Source: Octopus vulgaris | Taxonomy: Eukaryota | Direction: 5' to 3' | Assembly: GCA_951406725.2 (NCBI GenBank) | Contig: OX597814.1 | Span: forward strand, 79,298,001 to 79,362,000 | Length of the DNA stretch: 64,000 nt | Shown here: positions 36,791 to 49,134 of the stretch, piece after piece | Numbering within the stretch: position 1 is the first letter of the stretch | Layout of the letters: every line of letters starts with the position of its first letter | Notes under the pieces: generated by a model | The model's input: only the letters and a program-made list of their open reading frames with translations | The model's database searches: none | What the model was told of the DNA's origin: nothing | Position numbers and translations under genes: made by a program

Positions 36791-37210
36791 ACAAAAGTTT
36801 CGTAATTGAAATATTCAAGATGTGGGGCATGAAGTTGTAAATTATACCAGTAATAATTGGAGCAATGGGTATGATAAAAAACATATGATCAAAAAGGTAG
36901 AAGCTATACCTCAACTCTCAACACTACACACTATCCAAAAAATAACCCTACTAGGAGCAACACACATCCTACGCAAAACACCATTAATTCAATAGTTCAA
37001 TCCAAATAAAACAATCCACAAACACCATACACACTCTACAGTACATAGTAAATATCCAATAAAATGAGCAACCCCCACAAATACCCTACAGGTGGGATAC
37101 CTAACATAACACAACTCACATTACGCACACAACTCACAGTACAAACACTAATTCAACAAAAGACTGCAACGGAACTCCATAACAAAACAAAACTGATGCA
37201 ATACAATACC
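36791..37210 (+). mobile_element. third RLE 3' end in the same stack
   Basis: IEIFKMWGMKL*IIPVIIGAMGMIK../TIQKITLLGATHILRKTPLIQ* then AC-rich 3' UTR. Confidence 0.8.
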
Positions 37211-37224
37211 AGGAGGAGTTTTCA

Positions 37225-37630
37225 CTTTTTAATTTTGGTGCAAAGCCTGCAAATTATAAGAAGATCACACTAGGATCGATTACATCGTCCCCAGAGATGA
37301 ACTGGCACTTATTTCTATCGCCCTTGAAAGGATGAAAAGCAAAGTTCACCTCAGCGAGATTTCAACTCAGAACGTAAAGAACTGAAAGAAATTCGGCTAA
37401 GCATTTTGTTCGATTCGTTAACAACGCTACCAGTAGCAGTTATAATGGTTTCAAATTTTGGCATAGGACCAGTAATTTTAAGTGTCCAACTGGTGCTTAT
37501 TTTATCGAATCCGAAAGGATGAAAAGCAAAGTTAACCTCAGCAGAATGTGAACATAGAAGGTAAATATATATAAAAAAAGCGGAAAAATGACGGTCAGTA
37601 TTTTATACGACGTGCTAACGTTACTACCAA
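37225..37630 (-). mobile_element. two tandem SINE A copies
   Basis: Two GAAAGGATGAAAAGCAAAGT..ACCTCAGC...AACT.AGAA blocks with AAATTTTGG tails. Confidence 0.8.
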
Positions 37631-38116
37631 AAACAATAATATTAAACGGAGAGAAAGAATCGGATCCAAAACAGGCTACACATGTATTCGTAATAATAAT
37701 TATCTTATTAGGTTATTATTGCTGAAGTTAGAGTTTTTCTTGTTGTTTACAACTTTTGCACGTTCTTCCTATTTAAAAGCCATATCTGGTGGGTCGTCTG
37801 TGGAAGTACGTTGCGCGCGCAATGTCGTCTGCTTTTATCGCTGTTTGGCTTGTTTGTCTTACCTTTCTTTTTTTTGTGTGTGTCTGTATACAAGTATGTG
37901 TGTGTGTGCGTATTTTTAATATTATTATTTCGTTATCAATGAGAAACCCTAACCAGTTCAGCATGACCTCAGATAAAAGAGAGAAAATAACTCTGCAGTA
38001 TGTACCTACCAACTGTTGAATGTACGACAGCAAGGATAGTTATCTAGTTTATTGATAAGGACGACGTATCAACTTAGGGTTATAACTGATTAAATTATAA
38101 GAAGTTGGGTATGAAC

Positions 38117-38231
<115 letters not shown>

Positions 38232-38307
38232 TGATGGAAAGAAGGGCACCACTGAATACATTTAGATGATGAGATAGAGAAGTATATATAGATGCATACA
38301 CACACTC

Positions 38308-38339
<32 letters not shown>

Positions 38340-38825
38340 TCACTCACACGCATATATGTACAAAACAAAGAGAGAGAGAGAGGAAAAGAGAGTGAGATAG
38401 AGAGAAAGGAGTTGGGAGGAGGAAAGGGAATGATCTAATGACGAATAACGCCGAGAGAAAAAAAAATGCAGTATAGACAGTTAGGCTAAGTATATTAGTG
38501 GTAGTTGCGTGTTATGATGTATATGGGGCGGATGAAAGATTGAGAGGAAAGAGAGAGAGAGTTGTGTGTGTGTGTGTGAGAGAGAGAGAGTTGCGTGTGT
38601 GACAGGGAGAGAGAGAGAGAGAAAGAGAGAGTGAGAGAGAGAGAGAGAGAGAGCGGGGGAGATGTAGAAATAAAAGAAAAGACTTCTCAACACGTTTCAT
38701 AGTTTATATTCGTTTGCAATCGAATCACATTCGTTAGTGTCACAAAAGGGAGAAAACCACTTCTGATTATTCGGATCGAAGCATTGTGAGTTTTTCTCTC
38801 ATTGTATGTTAGCTAATATATGTAA

Positions 38826-38868
<43 letters not shown>

Positions 38869-39239
38869 TAAATGTAATATATGTGCGTGTGTATATATAT
38901 ATATATATATATGCATACGTGCATACATACAAACACGTACATATATACAAGGCATTGCTAGTTGAAACTTACCGCCTTGTCTCACTTTCTTTCTCTCTAC
39001 CCAGCCATCCTGATACTTTAGAAATTCATGCTTTCTGCGTGTCTCTGTTATGCCTACTCCAACTGCTCTACCTGTAAATCCACATTGATTCGCTCTTTTA
39101 GTAACTAGTTTGGTGTCAACTTCATCTTGAAGCTACCTAAGCGGATTTAGTTTTCACATCCATACATCTCGTACGCATTTTACTAGTAACGTTTAACCTA
39201 AGCTATCACGTGTACCGGTGACTAGAGCTAACTCACAAT

Positions 39240-40055
39240 ATATCTTTTCTGGTATCAGTACAAGTTCTGAAATTTTGTGGGGAAAGTGCTAGTCGATTAC
39301 GTCAATCCCAGTGTGCAACTGGTACTTATTTTATCGACCCCAAATGGATAAAAGGCAAAGTCGAGCAAAGTGGAGTTTGAACTCAGAACGTAAGGACGGA
39401 CGAGATATCGCTAAACATTTTGTTCGGTGCGGTAACGATTCTTATTTCTTATTTCTTTACTGCCCACAAGGGGCTACACACAGATGGGACAAACAAGGAC
39501 AGACAAACGGATTAGTCGATTACACCGACCCCAGTGTACAACAGGTACTTAATTTATCGACCCCGAAAGGATGAAACTCAAAGTCGACAACGGCGGAATT
39601 TGAACTCAGAACGTAGCGGCAGACGAAATACCTATTTCTTTACTACCCACAAGAGGCTAAACACAGAGAGGAAAAACAAGGACAGATGAACGGATTAAGT
39701 CGATTGTACGACCCCAGTGCATAACTGGTACTTATTTAATCGACCCCGAAAGCATGAAAGGCAAAGTCGACCTCGGCGGAATTTGAATTCAGAACGTAAC
39801 GGCAGATACCAGCTCGCCGCCTTATCTGAATGTTAATAATCATTTTTGCTATAAGCACGAGACCTCAAATTTACGGGGAGACAGGGTAATCGATTACATC
39901 AGTCCCAGTACTCAACTGGTACATATTTTATTAATACCGAAAGGATGAAAAGCAAAGTCGATCTCGGCGGGATTTGAGCTCAGAACATAAAAGATAGAGG
40001 AGAATACACTAAACATTTTATCTGGTGCGGTAACGATTCTGCTAGCTTGCCGCTT
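39240..40055 (-). mobile_element. four head-to-tail SINE A/A' copies (A 39240-39440, A' 39445-39631, A' 39632-39823, A 39838-40055)
   Basis: Four repeats of GTCGATT.C..C.A.CCCAGT...AACTGGTACTT..TTTATCGACCCCGAAAGGATGAAA.GCAAAGTCGA; the two middle copies carry the A' tail. Confidence 0.9.
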
Positions 40056-40159
40056 TATCTCAATGTAAATAATAATAGCATAATAGCAATAATAATGATT
40101 TATGTAGAGAATCGTTGGTATGTTGGTGGTTAAATAAGCCAACAAATAAAAGATGAAAT

Positions 40160-41830
40160 ATGTAACTGTGTAAGATGGCTGTTTGATCATTAGTGACTTA
40201 CTGTGCACAAGAGAAATAAGTTGGAAAGGATCCACAATCAAAATCTTCACAGGCAAGGAACAGAAATAAAAATTCAACTGGGCGAGAAACAAAGGTAGGG
40301 TAATCGGAGTAGGCATATTTCTAATAACGAAATGGACAGATAAAGTAAGTGAGGTAGTCACAGCGAGCGACAGGTTTGTGAACCTTAAGATTGTTGTAGA
40401 CAATTCAACAGTGATATTTATATTTACTTACGCATCACATCCAGGACTGTCAGATGATCATCAGGACCACTTTTATAGAAACCCTTTTGTAGACTGTGGA
40501 TTGCGATTGCTTTTGACTCCGCCATTACAGATGATGATTTTAATGGATGTGTTGGACAACTCCATGAGGACCTTTCTGGTTATGGTATGTGAAATAAAGA
40601 GGAATCAAGACTCCTAGAGTTCTATGACGCAAAGGTTTAAATTATGTACAGTATAAACTTTAAGAGACAAGCTAACTACTTGACCAATCACCTATCATGG
40701 GAAGACACAATTTCGATAGCTCTTATTTTCACCTAGAAACAGGATATGCAGATCAGTAGGAATGCTAAATCAATTCTAAGTAAACAATACATCACCCAGC
40801 ATAGATCTGTGATTGACAACATTGATTAGAGATTAACTAGACAGACTTTGAAAAAAACAACTTGGAGAAAGAAGACTAGAAAGCTAAAAAAAAAAAACAA
40901 AAAAAAAACTCCCGGTAGTTCGTAGATTCAGAGAACCATAAATGACACTTATTTCCGCAGTGAAGAGATTAAAACTTATTAGATAGAAGACAACTGGGAG
41001 ATTTCACAAGATAAGCGTCCAATGCTTATCTATATCAAATGTGTGGTTGATAAAAAGTTCCAATCAGACCAAAAGTGTTGTGATGGTGAAATGATGAGTA
41101 GTTAGAGCCATAATGGCTAAGAGATAGGACTGGAAAGACTGGAGAGAATGGGAAAAACAGAGAGAATTTTATCAAATAGCTAGAAGAGAAGCTCGGTGTC
41201 AAATATATTTAACTAGGGGAAAAAGTAGAAAGATTTATAGATGTTCTGCGACGTTTGGACCAAAGGAGTGAAATATTTTAGATTGCAAGACAGTGTGCCA
41301 GGGTTAATCGTGACGTCGTTGGGGAAATATGTATTGATAATAATGGTGGCATAGGCACACTCGCCTTTAATAAGAAAGAGTTATGGAAGTGATATTATTA
41401 GTATCGTTAATTGTAGAATATGCCTTTCAAGATGATCGATCAACAGAGAGACCAACCATTTATATTGACAACATTATAGTCAGAGCGAAGTTAGGGAATG
41501 TACCTAGTCCGTCCATTAAAAATTACCGTTAAAATGTTTAAAATATTCGACAGTGTAGGACACTGGCGAAACACCCGTATAGTCAATCAAGTAGTACTGA
41601 AAGGTGTCATACCCAGTGATTAGTGCTGTTGTTTGATAGTGAAATGCAATAAGGACAAAGTAAGAAAATACAAAAGCATCAACTTGTTGGATTAGATTAT
41701 AAAAGTTACAGAAATTGTTACTTGAAAACTGATGAAGAAAAGGATTAACCTTGATGAGATGCATTAAGATTTATACGTAGGAATGGTGCTATTGATCCAT
41801 ATTCCTTGTAACTACAAGAGAAGTACTCAG
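40160..41830 (+). mobile_element. degenerate RTE-clade LINE: AP endonuclease through start of RT
   Basis: KFNWARNKGRVIGVGIFLITKWTDKVSEVVTASDR..LKIVVDN..FTYASHPGLSDDHQDHFY; DFNG.VG..HE..SGYG; TNFKR; QHRSVI; GA.D.I..LQEKY; many stops and frameshifts. Confidence 0.8.
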
Positions 41831-41859
41831 AGAGAGTAGGATCCCTACTTTGACAGGGT

Positions 41860-41990
41860 CCTTCAGTTTGTTATCCGGTGGTCTGCAGGAAAAGGTTTTA
41901 GCCCTCAAGAACATTCATGCTGACATGGGTGCTACATTAGGGGGTGACGCGCCAGCTTTATCAACAGCGTTGAGGAGATTCTGCACTGAA
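41860..41990 (+). mobile_element. mariner transposase N-terminal fragment
   Basis: ..KG..P/KNIHADMGATLGGDAPALSTALRRF.. matches the mariner HTH consensus IH.dM..tlGd.APs.stV.kW..eF. Confidence 0.7.
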
Positions 41991-42824
41991 TATCTAGATA
42001 GATTGATGGATAGATAGATAAATAGATTGAGAGAAGAAGAAGAAGAAGAAGAAGAAGAAGAAGAAGAAGAAGAAGAAGAAGAAGAAGAAGAAGAAGAAGA
42101 AGAAGAATATAGATAGATAGATAGATAGATAGATAGATGGATAGATATGAATGTATGGATGTATGCATGTATGTATATATGTTTGTATGCAAGTATGTAG
42201 TTGAGGATGTAAAATTTCTTGAGGATGATGCACTCACACGAACCATTATACATACATCAAATGAATCAGAAAATGAATTTGTCAATCAGCAAAATACCTC
42301 ATTTGTTGACTAGACTAAAAAAAAACACATACATACATACATACATACATACATACATACATACATACATACATACATACACACATACATTCGTGCATTT
42401 ATTTATTTATTTATTTACACACATATACATAATGCCAGTCATTATGTCTTGGGTATTTAGCAAACAGAAACGCCGAATTCATAACCCAAGTGAATATCCT
42501 AGCTTTCACGCATGACGACTTACAATCCACTGCGCTCCAAATCCGTTCTCCGAAATCGTGTCCGTTTCCTACGAGAAGTCAACCAGGCCAGTAGAATTGT
42601 AAATCGTAAGGTAGATAATTAAGGCAGGAACATGAAAGGTAAAAATACCAAGATCAAATGTTTCCGAAAATTATTAAGATTTTGATTTAGATTTAGTGAA
42701 TAAATAAATAAAACAAAACTCTTTTTCTCTCACTCCTTTCTTTTTCCCTCTGATTACCTCCCTTGGTTTCTCTCTATTTTTTTTCTCTCTTCCTCAAGCA
42801 ATTTTACCTTCGTATACTAACACC

Positions 42825-42855
<31 letters not shown>

Positions 42856-43300
42856 CTTCTTCTTCTTCTTCTTCTTCTTCTCCTCCTCCTTCTTCTTCTT
42901 CTTCTTCTTCTTTTCTCTCTCTCTCCCGCTCTCTCACTCTCTCGTACACCTCCTTTACATTGTAACACCCACACTCTCAAACAACAACTTACAAACTAAC
43001 AAGTACACTTTCTCTCTCTCTTTCTTTCTCCTCTCCTCCTCCTCCTCCTCCTCCTCCTCCTCTCCTCCTTCTTCTTCTTCTGTCTCCTCCTCCTCCTCCT
43101 CCTCCTCCTTCTTCTTCTTCTTCTTCTCTCTCTCTCTCCCCCGCTCTCTCACTCTCTCGTACACCTCCTTACATTTAACACCCACACTCTCAAACAACAA
43201 CACAAACTAACAAGATATCTCTCTCTCTTTCTCTCTCCATCTCTCCCTCTCTATCTCTGTCTTTCCATCTCTCTCTCTCTTTCTCTTTCTCTCCCTTCTT
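42825..43300. repeat. (CTT)n/(CCT)n/(CT)n field with an approx. 120-bp direct duplication
   Basis: CCCGCTCTCTCACTCTCTCGTACACCTCCTT.ACATT.TAACACCCACACTCTCAAACAACAAC..ACAAACTAACAAG occurs at about 42925-43003 and 43139-43214. Confidence 0.85.
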
Positions 43301-45393
43301 TCCTTGACTGATATGTCTTCCCTCAACGAATACTACCTCTCTATCACGTGAGATCTATTCATTTCTCTCTCTTTCTGTCGCTCGTTCTCTCACGCTCTTT
43401 ATCTTTTTGCTTCTTTCTTTTACATAGCTTCTCATTCACTGCACAAACACACATTCTACTCTTTCTTACTGTTTTATCTTCCGCTCTAATCATTTACGAT
43501 ATGGCCGATAGACAAACACATCATATTCGCCTAGCAGTTTCATATACCACAGGTTCAGATCTTATGAAGGTTCAAATCTTATGGATATTTTTTGTGCTTC
43601 AGTTTATATATATTATTATTTATCTTATATCACAATTTCTGCTCATTCTCGTTGATTTCTGCTCATTGTTCTCTGCCAGCGAGATTGACAAAAGAAGTGT
43701 CTTTAACTTGAGGTTGCACAACTATCTCACATGATTCGTAAGCACTGTTCTATTGCAGAACTTTGCCGATATACATAAGTGAAAGACACACCCACATACA
43801 TGCATGCATGCATTCAGACATATTGATATATATGTCAATTTATATTTGAGTTTTCCTTGAATTCCTTCTAAACCTTTTACTCATGAGACATTTCTTATTA
43901 CTTGGCATTAACTCTATAATACGCATTGCGTAAGTTGATCTTAAATTGCTTCACGGTCAAGTTTTGTGATATGAACTTGCAGCAGGTCTCTGCCTCAATG
44001 TTAAACCCAACTGTTATCTTTGTAAAAAAAATGTGCATAAACAGATAAACATGATCTTTCAAAATGAGTGATACGCTTTTAATAATCTGGCCAATCAAAT
44101 TAAAAGAAACACATCCTGGATTTTCGAGTGATGACGTCATCACAGGTCTCCTCAACCAGGTTCATTCTGGGGGTCAATAAAAGAGACAACGTCTGAAGAG
44201 AATGTAGCAGAGAATTTGACTGGGGGATGGTTTATCAGGAATCTAGCAACGTCTACAGCGAAGCATGCAAGCCTGAAAATTCTCGATCTTGACAGTAACC
44301 GTGGTTGTGGCTCTCAAAATGTTGGATAGTAATAAGAATTGTTAATATTACCATTAAAGCACTCACCATTTCCACAAACATATTTCTAGCTACTCTTAGA
44401 GCATACATTTGCTTCTGTCATGAAGAGAACTCCTCAACGTACCTTGGTTTTCTTTCCCTACCAATAACATAGATGAATAATTAGAACCGAAGATTACTGT
44501 TCTCATTCATCTAATAACATAGACTTATTACAAGCTCTTCCTGTAATGTTATATACAATGTATACTGATTAGGACTAACCAAAAAACGTTTTCAGTTCTT
44601 CCAGCTATTTTACGGTTTCCTCCAGCATATGTATTTTGAACAATATTCACTTTTGTCGTTAGAATATACTCAGTGTATGACGATAATAACAGTTAGTAAA
44701 GCTCTGACTTTCCTTCAACAAAATCAAATGATGCTTATTGAGTTTCTGCAAACACTGTGGAGATCATCTGAATAAAGAACCAGAAGGTTCAACTGCATTT
44801 TGGAAGATAAAGAAGGTTTAACACCATGCGAGGTATGAATGTATCCATTACTTTCTTGATTGTCGTCCTGCGTGAGTTATAGAGCTAGCTAAATGTGTCC
44901 CAGTTTGCGACCTGTTTAGTTTTCTTTGATTGGTAAAGCTCATTGATCACGTTGAATATTAAGCGTAGAATTTTAGGAACTCTGATAAGTTAGTAGACTT
45001 AAGTAATATTCTTAACTTGTAAGAAGATGGTTGCTGTGCAATAGAAAGATATAAATGGGCTCTTTAATTTAGAGTTAATCAGACGATTGTGATAGGAGAC
45101 GAAATGCAGAAGGCTGCTCGTAGAACGATATCAAAATGTTTGTAGAGACAATATGTCGGTCAGGGTTATAGAGGAGTGAAGGTACAAACTGATGTAGATA
45201 GTCCAGAATGAAAGATAAAATCTGGGATAAAAGAGAGGAGAGTAAAGATGAAAGATGCATTAATAGTAACTTCCTTTTCTTTTCCCCTGTATCACTGGTT
45301 TTCTTTCTTCAGCAGCACGTTGTTTTCTATCATTGAGTATGTGTGAGTGTATGTACGTGTACACACACACACACAGACACAGACACAGACACA

Positions 45394-45437
<44 letters not shown>

Positions 45438-45476
45438 TACACCTATACAACAGACACGCAAAAAGATACAAACATA

Positions 45477-45533
<57 letters not shown>

Positions 45534-45723
45534 CCCTATCACTTTATTCTGTTCATTTATAAACTTTCAGTTCGCTTTCTAATTTACTCACAATATAAGT
45601 GCACTCAAATACATACACACGCTGTCCTTGGCTTTGATGTCATTCCATATAGATAAATATTACTTTGCATTTATTTATCTACTAATATAATTGGCAGCAT
45701 TACTCTCTCATTGTCTTTCTCCT

Positions 45724-45756
<33 letters not shown>

Positions 45757-46097
45757 GATTGTCCATCCCACTGATATTTGCATCAAAGGCAAGAAGATGC
45801 ATTATCTATGCTATCTTTGTATTTTATTGAAAGACACCAGATCGCTTAAGTAGCAGAATACGAAGTAGAAATGTACATAATTTTAGCTGTCTACATACAT
45901 ACATACATACATACATACATACATACATACATACATACATACATGCATGCATATATACATACATACATACATACATACATACATACATACATACATACAT
46001 ACATACATACATACATACATACATACACACATACATACATACATACATACATACATACATACATACATGCATACACACATAATATTTGTATGTATGT

Positions 46098-46255
46098 ATT
46101 TAGTCATTGGACTACGACTATGCTGGGGTACCAGTTTGTAGGGTTTAGTCGAAGAAATCAACCCAGGTATTTATTTTTTTAATCTAGAACAACTAAATTA
46201 CGGAACGTAAATAACACCGACTATCAAGTGGTGCTGGTGGGGAAAATACATACAC
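46098..46255 (-). mobile_element. SINE B 3' half (left of the RLE insertion)
   Basis: TTAGTCATTGGACT.CG.C.ATGCTGG.G.ACC...TTTAGTCGAA.AAATC.ACCC..ACGG.ACGTAAA..CACC.AC..TCAAG.GGTG.TGG.GGGA.AA. Confidence 0.7.
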
Positions 46256-46489
46256 AAATCGCACACATACACACAAACACACATACATACATACATACAT
46301 ACATACATACATACATACATACATACATACATACATTCATACATAGATACATACATACATACATACATACATACATGCATACATACATACATACATACAT
46401 ACATACATACATACATACATACATACATACATACATACATACATACATGCATACATACATACATACATGCATACATACATACATACACA

Positions 46490-47540
46490 CAAAAAAAGAC
46501 ATGGGTATGTTGCCCGGAAGCTTGAAGAAGACAGTAAAATTGACACGGAGCGCAGCCTCTCTAGGATACAAGAGCTCTACATCACCTCACACTTTGAGGG
46601 CTTTGCGTTTGCAATCCAGGTACAGGAGATTGCCAGAAAGTACTTGGTGAGTAAGAGAGACAGTGCCGTCCTTGTACTCTTAAGGTGCAACCGTATGTGT
46701 AGGCTATGTCACGTTTCTGTGGAACACATCACGCATGTGATTAGCAGCTGTCCTAAAATATTGTCACAGTACTACCTCCCTATGCGGTATGATGTTGTTG
46801 CTAAAACAATTTACAATACCATCCGCAAAAAAGACTGTCCTGAAATAAACTCAGAATATCCCTCTGTTATGGAGTACATTCATGAACACCAACTCAAGGA
46901 ATACTGGTGGAATATTCCCACCAAAACTTCTGTCAAATGTAAACACAACAGGCAAGATATTGTTGTTTGGAACAGAGGGGCAAAGGTATGTACCAGCATA
47001 GAGGTCAGCTGCCCTGCAGATATAAATAACTCTTTGAAAATCAAAGAAAAAGAGGATATCTATGGACAACTGCTTGGAAACCTCCAGCTTCTATATCCAG
47101 ACTATGAATTCATATTCATAACAAAACTAATTGGAGCTCTAGGTTTTGTTAGTAAATGCTTAAAGAAAAATCTGGATAAACAGGGAAATCGACCGGAGAA
47201 AGAAGTTAACTATGGACAACTGCTTCGAAATTTCCTGCTTCTATATCCGGATTACAAATTTATGTTTATACCAAAAATAAATTAGGGCATTTGGTTTTGT
47301 AAGTAAATGCCTAACTGTCTGTCTGGATAAGCTAGGATTTTCAGAAAAAGAAATCAACCAACTTATTTGCATATTACAAATACAATCTGTAGGCGGGACA
47401 GAAAAAATATGCAGGGATTTTCTCAGGTTTAAAATATGACTGTTTTCGTTATCTACATTCCAAAGATGGGGCTTTGTATCTTTGTTAGAAACCAGCTGCT
47501 TCTTCAGAGAAAGAATTTGAATAATTAAGGAAAGAGGAGA
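46490..47540 (+). mobile_element. RLE-clade non-LTR retrotransposon 3' part (different family) in a (TACA)n/(CA)n tract
   Basis: ORF 46467-47285: HGYV..ITSHFEGFAFAIQVQEIARKYL..CRLCHVSVEHITHVISSC..MRYDVVAK..WWNIP..KHNRQDIVVW..IEVSCPADIN..KEKEDIYG..IGALGFV; C-terminus continues after a duplication to ..LQIQSVGGTEKICRDFLRFKI* at 47439. Confidence 0.92.
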
Positions 47541-47596
47541 AACACATACACAGATATACAAATACACACGACACGCACACATATACACTCACACGC

Positions 47597-47626
<30 letters not shown>

Positions 47627-47628
<2 letters not shown>

Positions 47629-47745
47629 CGGGCTTCTTTATGTTTTTGTCTACCAAATCCACTCAAAAGGCTCTAGTAAAAGGCACTTGTCCAAGGTGCC
47701 GCGCCGTGAGAGATGGTTGGGAAGCAAGTTTCTTAACACACACGT
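47627..47745 (-). mobile_element. SINE B 5' half (right of the RLE insertion)
   Basis: CGGGCTTCTTT..GTTT..GTCTACCAAATCCACTCA.AAGGCT...GGCACTTG.CCAAGGTGCC.CGC...GGTTGGGAAGCAAG.TTCTTA. Confidence 0.8.
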
Positions 47746-48784
47746 GATCGTAGATTTTATTGTTTATTAAATGGCAAAGAAGTATTTTATTCAATTAATC
47801 AATTTAGATCCAGTTATTGCCAGAAGTTAGCGTTAAATGTAGACGTTTATCTCCGGTAGATATTCCACGGATTCTTACTACTTTACACAGGTTTGTAAAT
47901 GTGTGTGTGTGTGTGCGTGCGTGCGTGCGTGTGTTCATTTCAATGTGTTCATTTCAATCACAGCCGTCGAGATGCTTGCAGTAGTTTCTTAATTGGTTTC
48001 ACACACGTATATCTGTTTGTATATCTGTTCGTACTGGCTTGACTGATTAATTCGTGCATCTTAAATATCTTTTGTTACAAGTAATACATTTGTCTAATCT
48101 GTCTAAACAAAACATCGGTTCTCTAATAATGTACGCCAATAATGCGTATCCAGCTGTTTTAATTAATTAGCTTCTAGATTTCTCAGTTAAAAATCTGCAC
48201 AGCTAATATCAGATATCAGTTTGAACATTTCCTCAACCGTTAAGCTGATTGCAACCATCCATATTTATTTTAAATCCGTTAATTTTTCGGAATAACTTAT
48301 GTTAATTCCTACTATCTCCTACACATAGTACCCCTATAAAATCAATATCTCTACTCTACTCCCATTCATATTTCTCACAAATAACCAGATGCATACATAC
48401 ATACATGCATACATGCATGCATACATACATACATACATACATACATGCATACATACATACATACATACATGCATACATACATACATACATACATACATAC
48501 ATACATACATACATACATACATACATACATACATACATAATTCGTAATACATACATGTTAAATTCGAGCTGCTATTTGCTTCATACTGTGAAAACATAAT
48601 TGCCTGACAAGCTTGTATGCGTTCTATGTGTTTCCAGGTAATTGTTCATGAAACCTATGGTGCTCGAATTTATATCCTGTATGCATTAAATGATATTCAT
48701 CTCTCACTGGATGGAGTATTTTTATGTTGATCCTACAAATAACAGAACAGTGCATTATTCACGCGAACGTGCGTGTATGTATAT

Positions 48785-49125
48785 GTATGGGTGTGTGGCA
48801 AGAAGTTACATCCCAATTACATGGTTCTGGGTTCAGTCCCACTGAGTAGAACCCCGGATAAATGTCTCCTACTATAGCCTTAAGCTGCCCAAAGCCTCAT
48901 GAGTGGATTTGGTAGACGGAACATGAAAGAAGCCTGTCGTATATGTCATCCTTTGTTGGTGTGTTTGCGTCCCCGTAACCTAGCCGTTCGGTAAAAAGAG
49001 AATAAATACCAGGTTTATAGGAAAATAAGTACTAAGGTAGATACGTTCGACTAAAATTCTTCACGGCGGTGCCCCAAAATGACCGCAGTCTAATAGCTGA
49101 GAATAGTAAAGGATAAAAGAAACAC
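48785..49125 (+). mobile_element. SINE B, near full length
   Basis: Head TGTGTGG.AAGAAG...CATGGTTCTGGGTTCAGTCCCACTG, GAGTGGATTTGGTAGACGGAA, GTCCCCGTAAC.TAGC.GTTCGG, tail GGCGGTGCCCCA..ATG.CCGCAGTC. Confidence 0.85.
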
Positions 49126-49134
49126 ACACACACA

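Noticed and set aside
43890-45070. Non-repetitive stretch that might be a decayed transposase or exon set (also 34700-35300 and 24420-25170)
   Set aside because: No recognisable motif in any frame by eye; needs a translated database search
46467-47285. Longest ORF (272 aa) as a host or domesticated gene
   Set aside because: The start codon lies in the (TACA)n tract, the content is a truncated RLE retrotransposon C-terminus with RPD to RQD, and it ends in a frameshift
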